Positions 12,418 to 23,784 of a stretch of 64,000 bases of DNA are shown here, piece by piece. The translations under genes were made by a program, and so were the position numbers. The notes beneath the pieces are model-generated. The model searched no databases, was not told where the DNA came from, and saw only the letters and a program-made list of their open reading frames with translations. The DNA comes from Octopus sinensis (Eukaryota). Position 1 is the first letter of the stretch. Every line of letters begins with the position of its first letter. Location: assembly GCF_006345805.1 (NCBI RefSeq), contig NC_043014.1, positions 44,206,001-44,270,000 of the forward strand, given 5' to 3'.

Positions 12418-13242
12418 ACTGCTCCCTAAAGCCTAATGCCTCCTAAAGCCTAACTCCCACTAAAGCCCAACGCCTTCAATATGCCCAGCACCCCCTTGGA
12501 AGTGGTATGGCCCTTGTTGAGAAGGTCTGTCTTGTAGTCTTCTATAACAGTCTTTCTTATAGACTCATAGAAAGTACCAATATTACTTTTTGAAGAAGCT
12601 ACATAATATTCTTTCAACTGCAGTGACATGTCTAGAGTGTGTGTCATGCAGGACAGTCCATGCATTAGTGAGACTCCATCCTCCACCTCACCCACTGGGC
12701 CCTTAATCCTATACAACACTAACTGGCCATATCCTGCCTCTCACACCTACCTTACAATGTAAACAATCACATTTTCAAAAGTTTGAAATAAGCATTACAT
12801 TTGATAAATTAATCTGAATGCTAAAATGTTAAACTGCAGTATCTAAGATTAGTAAGAGATTATAGTCTAATGGCAGTGGTTCTTAACTTTTATTTTTCTT
12901 GCAGTCCCATCCCACCACTTTTAAGCAATTGGGATGCTTAGTGCCCACCTAAGTGGCAACTGAGGTATCACAACTAAACAAACTTAAACTGGGTGATAAT
13001 TTATAAATTTTACTCTAAAAATGGATTACATTAGTCAGACTCCATCCTTCACCCCACCCACCCACTGGGCCCCTAATCCTATATAAACTTATGCAACAGA
13101 CCCAAAATTGCTATCCCCACAAAAGCATTGCCTGCGGTGGACTGCCCTAGCCTCAACTATGCTATTGCTCAAATGAGATGTCATAAAACTTAACACCCCC
13201 AAATGTCAAAGCAACTTTCTAATTCACAACACTAACTTTTAA

Positions 13243-13461
13243 CCCTTTAGCATTCAGATTATTCTATCAAACATAATGCCTATTGATTCCCATTGATTTG
13301 AATTAATCCTGCATTATCTCATATCTTCAAGATCTTGATGGTGCAATTACTTAATGTAGAATAACATTGTAGGGTAGGTGTAAGAGCCAGGATCTGGTCA
13401 GTTTGAACATAAAGCAGATTAACTATTTTGGCCGGATATGGCTGGTTTAAATACTAAAGGG
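13243..13461. mobile_element. piggyBac-like MITE, intact
   Basis: TTAA TSD on both sides; TIR CCCTTTAGCATT / AATACTAAAGGG. Confidence 0.8.
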
Positions 13462-13635
13462 TTAATATCCACTGAACTTAAGAAAAATTAAGGAAAAAAT
13501 TGTAAAAATATTAATCAACAAGATATACCACAGATTAAAAATTAATTTTGTGGTACTGTCATTGAAAAATGGATTTAAAAATCCCATTTATATCCCCTAG
13601 AATCCTTATCAGACCAAACTAAAAATCATACATAC

Positions 13636-14419
13636 CTCCAAGTTTCCAGATTTCATGATTCCTTAAAGTTTTAGGTATTAACCAGAGCTGTTGTAAGGAT
13701 TCTAAGTTTTTTTCCATCTGAAAGCAAAGCCTGGCTTTAAATAAACGGAAATTGTGATTTGTTTTATCCAACAGGATAGCCATATCAAAGAACTGCATCG
13801 CTTCTTCCAACTGGCCTCGCATTTGACAAGTCTGACCCTGAATTGCTAATTTGGCTGGGTTCTTCATATGTGCAGGCAAAAAGCTTAATCTGGGATCATC
13901 ATCAGGCTCATTTGCTTCAGATACAATCTTATAATTTACTTCAAGAATCTCTTTCTCATTCTTCAGAAGAAGATCATCCCCTGGGTAAATGTCCTGGGTA
14001 CAGAATTTCGTTGGACTCAAGTTTTCTTCCTCTGCTTCACCATCTTTGGAATTTGCTTCATAGGCATCAAGAATTTCCTTCTGGATCGTTTTCAGGTCTG
14101 CAATTACTTCAGGGTTGCCAGGTTCGGTTTTAAGAACGTTCTTGTAATAAGTGAGGGCTTCTTCATATTTTCCTTGTTTGGCAGCTATTTTACCAGCCAA
14201 AATATAAACGGGAGTAGTGGTTAGTCCACTTGCGATGGCTTCTTTAACATCTGCCTGTGCGTTTTGAAAACTGTTTAGATGATAACTACATTTGGCACGC
14301 TTGAAAAGATATTGTGGATCAATGATGGGATTTGTTAACAGAGTATCATACTTCTTAATCGCTTCTTTATAATTCTTATTTTCAATCTGTTTTTCTGCTT
14401 GCCTCTCAATAGCTTCCAT
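13636..14419 (-). CDS. SMYD-family gene, coding exon 1 (TPR repeats)
   Basis: ATG at 14419 in ACAACAATGG context; three TPR-like repeats (YKEAIKKYDTLL, LFKRAKCSYHLNSFQNAQADVKEAI, YILAGKIAAKQGKYEEALTYYKNVLKTEPGN), acidic linker, further TPR-like helices; donor GGAG|gtatgt at 13636 (phase 1) in frame with exon at 8899. Confidence 0.9.
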
Positions 14420-14631
14420 TGTTGTGTTTTCTGGTATTAATCAAAATCTTAATGTGCTTCAGTTCTAACCTCACTTCAAACACAATATGATTCCAAACTC
14501 AGACTTCCACACTTTTATATATATATATATATATATATATTCTTAGACTATATGTAGTTTTGGTTTTTCAAATATAAATTCCGGAATTTGTTTTCCTTCT
14601 GACTAGTCTTGCAGCATTCTCTTAAAACCTG
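14420..14631 (-). other. probable 5'UTR part of the first coding exon (contains a (TA)n run)
   Basis: Strong polypyrimidine acceptor ttttttttcttattcttttctcag|cag at 14632 (NAGNAG) upstream of the ATG. Confidence 0.5.
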
Positions 14632-14967
14632 CTGAGAAAAGAATAAGAAAAAAAATGTTAAAAGTAAGATAATCACACACAATAGTTAGATATTGGAATG
14701 CAGAAAAGAGATTTATTGAACAATCAATTTCTCTCTCTCTAAGAACAGTTAAGATATGGAATATAGATGATCGATTTTATCTCAACCACCGAGTTTAGAA
14801 CAGAAGGAACTATGAAGCAATGAGGGAGCCTCTACATTGTCACTTTGCTTGCCATAAATAACAGCCAAATATCCCTAAAATCATGTCTTATCACATTCAG
14901 AAGAAGACAGGACTTATAGAGACAAACCACTCTATGTGTATGTGATTATTCATATGCATGTGTGCAT

Positions 14968-15535
14968 GTTAAGTTAAGTTAAGTTAAGTTAATTTTTTGG
15001 CTCAAAAAGCAAAAAGCAAGGCCATGTAGGGGGACATGGAGTTATGTACAGGGAGGGTGTTCATGCAAAGAGTTCAGGCCATTTCTGGTCAAGAGAGACT
15101 TTGAACCAAGCGGTCGTCGGCATCTTCACTATCTCGTCCGGCAGCTTATTCCACGGATTCGCAACCCGGACGGAGAAAGCCCCTTTCCTTCGATTGAGAT
15201 GAAATCATCGTGGATAGAGCTTTTCGGAGTAACCCCGCAGCCGACGCTCTGCAACAGGAGTGAAGAACAGCTCTTTCGAGAGGTTACACTTTCCGTTTAT
15301 GATGTTGTGAGCAAGAATGAGATCACCACGGTGGCGTCGTTTTTCTAGAGAATAAAGGTCAAGCGTCTTCAGGCTTTCTTCATAAGACAAATGCTTGAGA
15401 CCAAGAACCATGTGGGTAGCCAGCTTCTGGACTCTTTCAAGATGCTGTATGTCTTTGAGGAGATAAAGAGAAGAGGCTTGAATCCCGCACTCCAATATGG
15501 GTCACACCAGTGTGACATAGAGCGGTAGGAATATG
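14968..15535 (-). mobile_element. CR1/L2-superclade LINE 3' fragment
   Basis: HLERVQKLATHMVLGLKHLSYEESLKTLDLYSLEKRRHRGDLILAHNII = CR1-type post-RT region; (AACTT)n tail; same family as 5312-5676. Confidence 0.88.
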
Positions 15536-15820
15536 GCTGCTATGAGCATCCCAAAAGACCGTCGAATCAAAAACATGTGTGTGTGCGTATGTGTTTGTAC
15601 ATTCATGCATGTTTCTATGGATGTGTGTATGTATGTATCATCATCATCTCATCATCAACATCATCATCATCCTCATCATCATCGTTTAACGTCCATTTTC
15701 CATGTTGGCATGGGTTGGTGAGCTCTACAGGGACAATGCCAGGTTCCATAATGTGGTTTTGGCTTGGTTTCTACATCTGGATGATATATATAAATGTGTG
15801 TGTGTGTCTGTACATACACA

Positions 15821-15884
<64 letters not shown>

Positions 15885-15891
<7 letters not shown>

Positions 15892-16085
15892 TCATCATCA
15901 TCATCATCATCGTTTAACGTCCGTTTTCCGCACTAGCACGGGTTGGACGGTTCGACCGGGGTCTGGGAAGCCAGGGGCTGCACCAGGCTCCAGTCTGATC
16001 TGGCAGTGTTTCTACAGCTGGATGCCCTTCCTAACGCCAACCACTCTGTGAGTGTAGTGGGTGCTTTTTACGTGCCACCTGCACA
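15885..16085 (-). mobile_element. RTE-related retroposon 3' end (family C)
   Basis: (CAT)n tail and conserved 3' module. Confidence 0.7.
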
Positions 16086-16217
16086 GGATATATATATATA
16101 TATATATAGATATATATATATTTCTTGATTGCCCACAAGGGGCTAAACATAGAGGGGACAAACAAGAACAAACGGATTAAGTCGATTATATCGACCCCAG
16201 TGCATATGTATGTGTGT

Positions 16218-16262
<45 letters not shown>

Positions 16263-16263
16263 A

Positions 16264-16541
16264 TAGTGGCGGACTGGCTAGGTTGCCAGCTTGTCCGATG
16301 GCAAGCGGGCCCCTGCGCCATTAGAATCCATATATGAGGGCCCTCAAGTCGGGGATTTTTTATTCCTGGAAGAATGCATTATTTCAGCCTGGCTGTGTTT
16401 GTAGACAGTTGGAAAGAATACTTTTAACAAATAAAAATAAATAAATGATACCATTGTTGTTGCAGGTGGGCCCCATTTTAGTTGTGGGTGGGCCCCTTAG
16501 TCTCCTGGCAACCAATATTTTTTAGACCCAGTCCGCTACTG
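16264..16541. mobile_element. hAT-like MITE
   Basis: 14-bp TIR TAGTGGCGGACTGG / CCAGTCCGCTACTG; TSD not recognisable. Confidence 0.55.
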
Positions 16542-17273
16542 TCGTCCTTGTTTTCATATACATTCACTGCTTTCTTCCAAGGGATCTAATGCTCTTAGCT
16601 TAGCTTTTCCTTGGGGCTGGCCAGATTGGAGCAATCTTGAGTATAACCAGGACGTCGAGAGAGAGAGAGAGAGAGGGGTAAGACAATGATGTTTCCGTTC
16701 TTGTTTAGCCCAAGGTCAGCCCTGATCGAACATAGGCATACATATGATCAAAATCATTTTAGCTACGATTATCCCATCTTTGCGTTGTTTGTTTTGTTTT
16801 TGTTTTTTGGGGTTTTTTTGCTTTTTTCTTACAAAAAAAACACGTCCTGACCCCTTTTTTTAAAGAAAAATACAGTACGGTGTAATGTGAGGGCGATTTT
16901 GACTGCTATTTTCAAGCACGCTGCACCCCCTACCCCACCTCACCCCCGCTTGCTTTGTTATGTTGATTGGCAGTTGTTGACTGTAGCGTTAGTTGGTGGT
17001 GGTGGTGGTGGAGGTAGTGTAGGTGATGGTGGCGGTGGTGGTGTTGCCGATGTTTGTAGGGTCTTTTGTAAAGGACGTATATAGTCAGATCACCCGAAGA
17101 ATGTTTAGGGGATGTATGCGTAAGACAGACAGACAGACAGAGAAAGAGAGAGAGAGTGAGAGAGAGAGAAAGAGAGAGAGAGATGTAAATACACATAACA
17201 TTGTAAATAAAAAAAATATTCTTCTTTCATAATCAAAATAAAGTCAATAACATTCTACAATAGATGGATGGAG

Positions 17274-17338
<65 letters not shown>

Positions 17339-17396
17339 TAGATAGATAGATAGATAGATAGATTAGATAGATAGATAGATATATATATATATATAT

Positions 17397-17460
<64 letters not shown>

Positions 17461-18215
17461 TGCAGCTATAAACACGCAATTATTTCACACACACACACAC
17501 ACACACCTATATAATCACGCACTCTCACACACTTTCTCACGCGTGCGCGCATAAACACACATGCTCACATTTTTTTCGTACTAAACTTTTACCGTAACAG
17601 CGAAAACGTTTTAGTCATCCTGTATATCATGATTTCAAACTTCTGAAGAATTTGGAAAGAATTTTTAGAAGCAAAACACAACACTAGCCCGTAGTATAGA
17701 TAAACAAAAATTAACGATACGGCTGCTGATGTAGTGATGATAACGATGATGGTGATGATGGTGATGATAATGGCGATGATGAAGATGGCGATGATGAAGA
17801 TGATGATGATGATGATATGATGATGATGATGATGTATGAAGAAAAGGCATTTATTTTCTACTTGAAAATGATGAAAAGATTTTCCTCCTCATCTTTGTAT
17901 TAGAAGATCCTCCGAAGATTCTGACACAGACAAAATATTACATTATATAAGTCACACTTTGTGTGTGTGTGTGTGTGTGTGTGTGTACGTGTGTTCACGG
18001 CTGTGTCTGTGTGTGTCTTTTCAAAGGGCGAAAGAAATTCACAGAAAAGGCATGCGTTAGAATTTTAAAAAAAGCACATTTGTGCCAACATCGAAAGATG
18101 GTTTTAGTTAGTTTTTTACATTTCAGAAAAAGTTAAACGATAAAAATTATTATGAGATATACCTTTTTTTTTTTTTTTTTGTTTTTGTTAAATCATGTTG
18201 TATATCTTCTTTTAC

Positions 18216-18370
18216 CGGATGCTGAGTAGAAGAAAATACGAATAACAATAACAATAATAATAATTATAACCGAATTAAAATTGATGGCAAAAAAGTTTTT
18301 TCTTTCGTTCGGCGAAAATCTTTCGTTCTGCAAAAACAGTCCAACTATAGCAGAAGCTGGTCACGTGACT
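18216..18370 (-). promoter_or_regulatory. putative promoter / non-coding exon 1 of the SMYD gene with palindromic E-box GTCACGTGAC (18360-18369)
   Basis: Unique non-repetitive DNA; candidate donor ATCCG|gtaaaa at 18216; extended E-box of the USF/TFE type. Link to the gene is inferred only. Confidence 0.35.
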
Positions 18371-18797
18371 AGTTCTTTTAGTCGTAAGCAGCAGAGAGAG
18401 GTTTGGTGAAAACAGGTAGAGTAGATAATGAGTAAGGTGTAAAGACGGGGTGTGAGTTGAGGGTGCCTGCTTGCCCCCTCCATAGCTATATATATATTAC
18501 ATGTACGACTGGCTGGGTTCGCGTATGGAATGTCAAACAATAAGATCTCTGTTTAATATGTGTGTGAGTGTATACATGCATATACTTGTATGTATGTATA
18601 TATATACATATATATATATAATACAAATAAGAAAATGGTGGAACAAATTCATTTATAATTATAAGCATTTATGTATTTAGTATTTGGGTACCTCACCAGC
18701 AGTATATTGGATAACTGATATCCCATAGTGGATTACCCTCATAACCCCTATCTAACTTTGTATATATATATATATGTGTGTGTGTGTGTATGTATAT

Positions 18798-18847
<50 letters not shown>

Positions 18848-18848
<1 letters not shown>

Positions 18849-19360
18849 TAGCAGTATCGCCCGGCGTTGCTCGGGTTTGTAAGGGAAATAACTATATAAG
18901 CATTTTTAGAGAGTTACTTCCCTTATATATGCCAATTCGGGCTTTCTTAGCCATTTCTGTTTTGGTGTCTTCAAGCCATGAAGTCGTTGTTCTAAAAGAA
19001 CGCTGGTCTCCTTGACAACGCATTACGACGTTGATTTCCTTAAACTCCCTTCCCCACAGCTTCACGAGGGAGGGAAGAAGGGGGAGAAGCAAACACAGGT
19101 GCAGGTGTTTGAGCGTGGACGCCAACTCCGCCGCCATCGACACACGAAAAATTATGCATTAAAATGGATTAAAAAATGATGTTAAATTATTTTTAAAGTC
19201 GTAGACTCATCGTAGACGCGCGCTAATAGCCAGACGGGCTCGATATGAATCACGACTATAAGATACCCGATTTTGGTTAAACTGCACCGCAAAATGTGGG
19301 AGTAGTTAGGAATCTAAATCGTAGGAGACAGACACGCACCTTCACTTTTATATATAAAGA
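18848..19360 (-). mobile_element. non-autonomous Helitron, copy 1 (intact ends)
   Basis: Minus strand starts TC, ends hairpin CCCGAGCAACGCCGGG + CGATACTG + CTAG; inserted between A and T, no TSD. Confidence 0.85.
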
Positions 19361-19507
19361 TTTCAGAAAAGCAAGAAAATGTTTCCGATACGACTTACGA
19401 GATTTATGATACCTAAAAAATAATTAATTTAGTAAAAGAGTAATAAATGTTTTACTGGTGAAATATAGAGTCACGTGAACATTACGGACCGTCGTAATTC
19501 GTACTTT

Positions 19508-19905
19508 GGATCTTTTCGGTTTGAACGGCAGTTTGTAATATAATTTCTAGGTAACTAAAATATTTTAAACTTCTTATACTGGTGGAATGTGTTATAAAAC
19601 ATCTCTTTCTCTTGGCTTTATTGAGAAGATTCTATAGTTTGTAAGATATTTGTTGGGGGTTTTTTCTGCAATTTCAACCAATCACTGACGTCTATTGAGG
19701 TAAACAACATTCTGTGCCGTATGAATATGTCCCTCGTTTAAGAAACAGACTGGGTTTATTTACATTTCTGAAGAAAAAAAGAACCCCCCCCCCTCTAACC
19801 CTAAAATAGATTGAAATGCAATAGATCGATACTAGGGTCATAATTATGGGTGACAATTTCATATGACACCGCTAGAAAAAGCTGCCGTTCAAACCGAAAA
19901 TATCC
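19508..19905. mobile_element. Merlin-like MITE (GG..CC TIR, 8-bp TSD)
   Basis: TIR GGATCTTTTCGGTTTGAACGGCAG; flanks CGTACTTT / CGTAATTT. Confidence 0.75.
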
Positions 19906-20160
19906 CGTAATTTTCATTCAAGTTTATTATCAAATCAACACAATTACAGATTACGCTTAGGATAATATCATTTTTTAAAAAATAGAAATATTAAAATTCT
20001 CAGATTGAAAGGATTAAATAAAACAACTACTACGAAATAAAATAAAAGATATTACAAAATATGGAAGAACTAATTAAATACAGCTATATAAGTGTAAGTA
20101 TAAATCAGTCATTATACTAAATAGAAATAGGTATAATATTTCTAAGCTAGGTAAAAAATT

Positions 20161-20351
20161 ATCGCTTCTCGGCCTTTTGGCTAAGATCAAAGTGTAGTAT
20201 CTGTTCTTATCAGCTTAATATCTGATACGGTCCCTATTTGGGACCATCGATATTAAACTGATTTTTAGAACGAGGCGAAGAGTTAGGGGCTTGCTCCGCC
20301 TTTGCCACGGGTTGGCCTGGTATAGCAGTACTTCCAGGATTCAGCCCATCT
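20161..20351 (+). ncRNA. U2: U2 spliceosomal snRNA gene (full length)
   Basis: ATCGCTTCTCGGCCTTTTGGCTAAGATCAAAGTGTAGTATCTGTTCTTATCAG..., branch-point helix GTAGTA, perfect stem IIb GGTCCC-TATTT-GGGACC, Sm-like ATTTTTAG, stem-loops III/IV, downstream 3'-box-like ATTAAAAACAGAC. Confidence 0.97.
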
Positions 20352-20484
20352 CCCACCCGGGAGATATAAACAAATTAAAAACAGACTTAATATCCTGACA
20401 TCCCTTCTACCACCTTCCAGGAAGGGATCAGACCTGCATTCTATGATGTCCGCTGCTGTTATTTTTATTTAATCTTAGATGTAA

Positions 20485-21001
20485 CCAGCAGTATCACCCG
20501 GCGTTGCTCGGGTTTGTAAGGGAAATAACTATATAAGCATTTTTAGAGAGTTACTTCCCTTATATATGCCAATTCGGGCTTTCTTAGCCATTTCTGTCTT
20601 GGTGTCTTCAAGCCATGAAGTCGTTGTTCTAAAAGAACGCTGGTCTCCTTGACAACGCTTTACGACGTTGATTTCCTTAAACTCCCTTCCCCACAGCTTC
20701 ACGAGGGAGGGAAGAAGGGGGAGAAGCAAACACAGGTGCAGGTGTTTGAGCGTGGACGCCAACTCCGCCGCCATCGACACACGAAAAATTATGCATTAAA
20801 ATGGAATAAAAAATGATGTTAAATTATTTTTAAAATCGTAGACTCATCGTAGACGCGCGCTAATACTCAGACGGGCTCGATATGAATCACGACTATAAGA
20901 TAACCGAATTTGGTTAAACTGCACCGCAAAATGTGGGAGTAGTTAGGAATCTAAATCGAAGGGGACAGACACTCACACAACTACAGTTTTATATATATAG
21001 A
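20485..21001 (-). mobile_element. non-autonomous Helitron, copy 2 (near-identical to copy 1; 3' end CTGG)
   Basis: Colinear with 18848-19360 over its whole length. Confidence 0.85.
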
Positions 21002-21228
21002 TTACATACATCCACATCTTCTGCTGTCCACCCATCGTTTGCCTTGTTTTCCTCATACAAATAATATCCTGGAAGCTTTTCGTCTTCCGTTTTTAATACA
21101 AGGCTTGTGGTTTTGACTGCTATTTCTAATCACTCCGGTCTGTCATAGTAAGTATAAATTGCAAAGCAACAGTTAGTTACTGCAAGATAGAAAGCCACCC
21201 TTATAATTTGTTTTTTAATTATAAAATA

Positions 21229-21586
21229 CAAGCAGTATCGCCCGGCGTTGCTCGGGTTTGTAAGGGAAATAACTATATAAGCATTTTTAGAGAGTTATAG
21301 CAAAAAAATTATGGTAAATTTTTTTTAAATCGTTGACTCATCGTAGATATTTTTAGAGAGTTACTTCCCTTATATAATAGCGAAAAAATGCATTAAAATG
21401 GGAAAAAATGATGGTAAATTTTTTTTTAAATCGTAGACGCGCGCTAATACCCAGAAGGGCTCGATATGAATCACGACTATAAGATACCCGGTTTTGGTTA
21501 AACTGCACCGCAAAATATGGGAGTAGTTAGGAATCTAAATCGTAGGAGACAGACACACAACTTCACTTTTATATATATAAAGAAGA
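21229..21586 (-). mobile_element. non-autonomous Helitron, copy 3 (shorter; 3' end CTTG)
   Basis: Same termini and body blocks as copies 1/2, lacking their internal ~230-bp segment. Confidence 0.8.
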
Positions 21587-21619
21587 TATATATATAATTC
21601 TTTTATGCGTTTCATATTT

Positions 21620-22015
21620 CTTTATTGCCCACAAAGGGCTAAACATAGAGGGGACATACAAGTACAGACAAAGGGATTAAGTCGATTACATCGACCCCAG
21701 TGCGTAACTGGTACTTAAAAGGATAAAAGGCAAAGTCGACCTCGATGGAATTTGAACTCAGAACGTAAAGACAGACGAAATACCCATTTCTTTATTACTC
21801 GCAAGAGGCTAAACACAGAGAGGACAAACAAGGACAGACATAGGTATTAAGTCGATTACATCGACCCCAGTGCGTAACTGGTACTTAATTTATCGACCCG
21901 AAAGGATGAAAGGCAAAGTCGACCATGGTGGAATTTGAACTCAGAACGTAACGGCAGATGAAATACCGCTAAGCATTTCGCCCGGTGCGCTAACGGTTCT
22001 GCCAGCTCGCCGCCT
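21620..22015 (-). mobile_element. SINE family B, tandem dimer
   Basis: Two head-to-tail bodies and a single tRNA-like head GGCGGCGAGCTGGCAGAA...GTTCAAATTCC. Confidence 0.85.
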
Positions 22016-22119
22016 TTATGTGTTTCAGCCCGAAGGCTGTGGTCATGCTGGGACACCGTAGGTATTATCATCTTTTCAATGGCCGTTCTTATATGAAATT
22101 GTTTTTTAGTGAAGAAGGG

Positions 22120-22400
22120 TGATCGATATCGTTGCCCACTTTTGAGTTTCTTGCCGTGATGTAGGCCCGGTTAATACCTTGAACAGCAGAAGGTCAAATT
22201 GTTTCTTGAAAGCATCCATCACCACTTCACACACTGATAAATCAGATGTTTTGGCAACATACTAAATAGCTGTGGGCCTTTGGATCCCAAACTATTGCAG
22301 TACACGGTCATTACACTTGGTGGGGTGGCTGGGGCCTTTGGAACCGTGCAGTGACGTCCAGCTTAAGGTACAGTGCGATCTAAGGCAACGAGATTGGCTC
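22120..22400 (-). mobile_element. degenerate CR1/L2-like LINE 3' remnant
   Basis: Minus strand gives YCNSLGSKGPQLFSMLPKHL and DAFKKQFDLLL, resembling the LINE ORF2 terminal motif; frameshifted. Confidence 0.55.
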
Positions 22401-22499
22401 TTTCGCCAACACAGTGTAGTGCTTCCTTCCTTTCATTAGACGGCAAGTGTTGTTTGAGAGGTGAAATGGCAGCTGTTTCTAACTGATAGAGCGACAACG

Positions 22500-22988
22500 T
22501 ATAGGGGCCTCTCTTTGTGTTTTCATGTTTGGATTAACTTTTCTCGTTCGGCTTAACAGCCCTTCTTGTCTTGTTATTCTCCTTGTCCTGTCTTTTACTG
22601 TTTATAATTTGTACTGTCGTTACTGTCCTGTTTTTGTTACCATTTTTACCCCTCCGCAAAAAGATCTCAAATTTTATTTAATTTGCTTTTCGCGAGATGG
22701 AAAGTTTCTATCGAAGATGCGTATCGCCTTCACCTTCGAAACGCAGAGTAGATGAAACAGAGGCGACTGAAGAAGGGGAATTTTCCTTGTGTTATTTGTC
22801 CTGTACTCTATTTTTTCGTTGTTTAAGAAAAATGTCCAGTTCCTCGGTTTTGTGTTTATGTTTTCGTTTCTCATTGTGTTCGACGTTTTTTTGGTGTCCT
22901 GTACCCATATATGCGTGTATATATACATGTAGAGGTATGTACGTACATATATGTATGTATATATACATATGTTTTATTTATTAATTTA

Positions 22989-23019
<31 letters not shown>

Positions 23020-23021
23020 CA

Positions 23022-23053
<32 letters not shown>

Positions 23054-23228
23054 GCCACAACACATTCTTTATTTTCTCTCCTTGTTTCTTTCTGTGTTCC
23101 TTTCTATGGAAGAGCGTAGGCTCGAAACGTTAAAGACATTTTCACTTCCCGAGCATTATACTAATACATCTGTTTGTTGTCTACACCACCTGCCTTCGTC
23201 TTTTGTTTTTTTGTGAATTGTCCCTATA

Positions 23229-23230
<2 letters not shown>
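22500..23230 (+). mobile_element. Penelope-like non-autonomous element remnant with degenerate hammerhead (about 23097-23140), (TA)n tail
   Basis: CTTT-CTATGGAAGAG-CGTAGG-CTC-GAAAC-GTT-AAAG keeps helix I, helix II and palindromic AACGTT but has a corrupted CUGANGA. Confidence 0.4.
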
Positions 23231-23312
<82 letters not shown>

Positions 23313-23631
23313 TATATAGGTATATATATATACTCAAAATAAGCAACAAGAATATCTTCGGTAATTTATATGAAAATTATGTATTAATGGAAAACCTCTA
23401 TAAATGGCTGATGATTGCTCAACATTTTAAAACTGTTGTAATACTTACAATATTTAATAAAATGATGTAACGTGAAACGATCGTACCAAATTACCGAAGA
23501 TATTCTTGTTGCTTATTTTGATTATAATCACCCCATGGATTTATATGGATAACACCATACAAAATTCTGGTGCCTTTGACTTAAGTACCATATTCATTTG
23601 AATCTAAATTTTGCTGAACTTATATATATAT

Positions 23632-23701
<70 letters not shown>

Positions 23702-23784
23702 TATATAATATATATATATATATACTTTATACAGGCACAAACACACACGCACACATATACACACATATCAATCAAAGAGAGACC

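Noticed and set aside
20186-20200. Extra A in U2 (GATCAAAGTGTAGTA vs human GATCAAGTGTAGTA) as a novel variant
   Set aside because: As I recall, Drosophila and C. elegans U2 also have three As here, so this looks like the ordinary protostome state
18892-20780. Duplicated 83-aa ORF MSMAAELASTLK... as a gene pair
   Set aside because: Both copies are interior sequence of the two non-autonomous Helitrons; no recognisable domain
21010-21125. Exon-like frame AVKTTSLVLKTEDEKLPGYYLYEENKANDGWTAEDVD with a GTATGT donor
   Set aside because: The best upstream acceptor puts a TGA in frame; no recognisable homology
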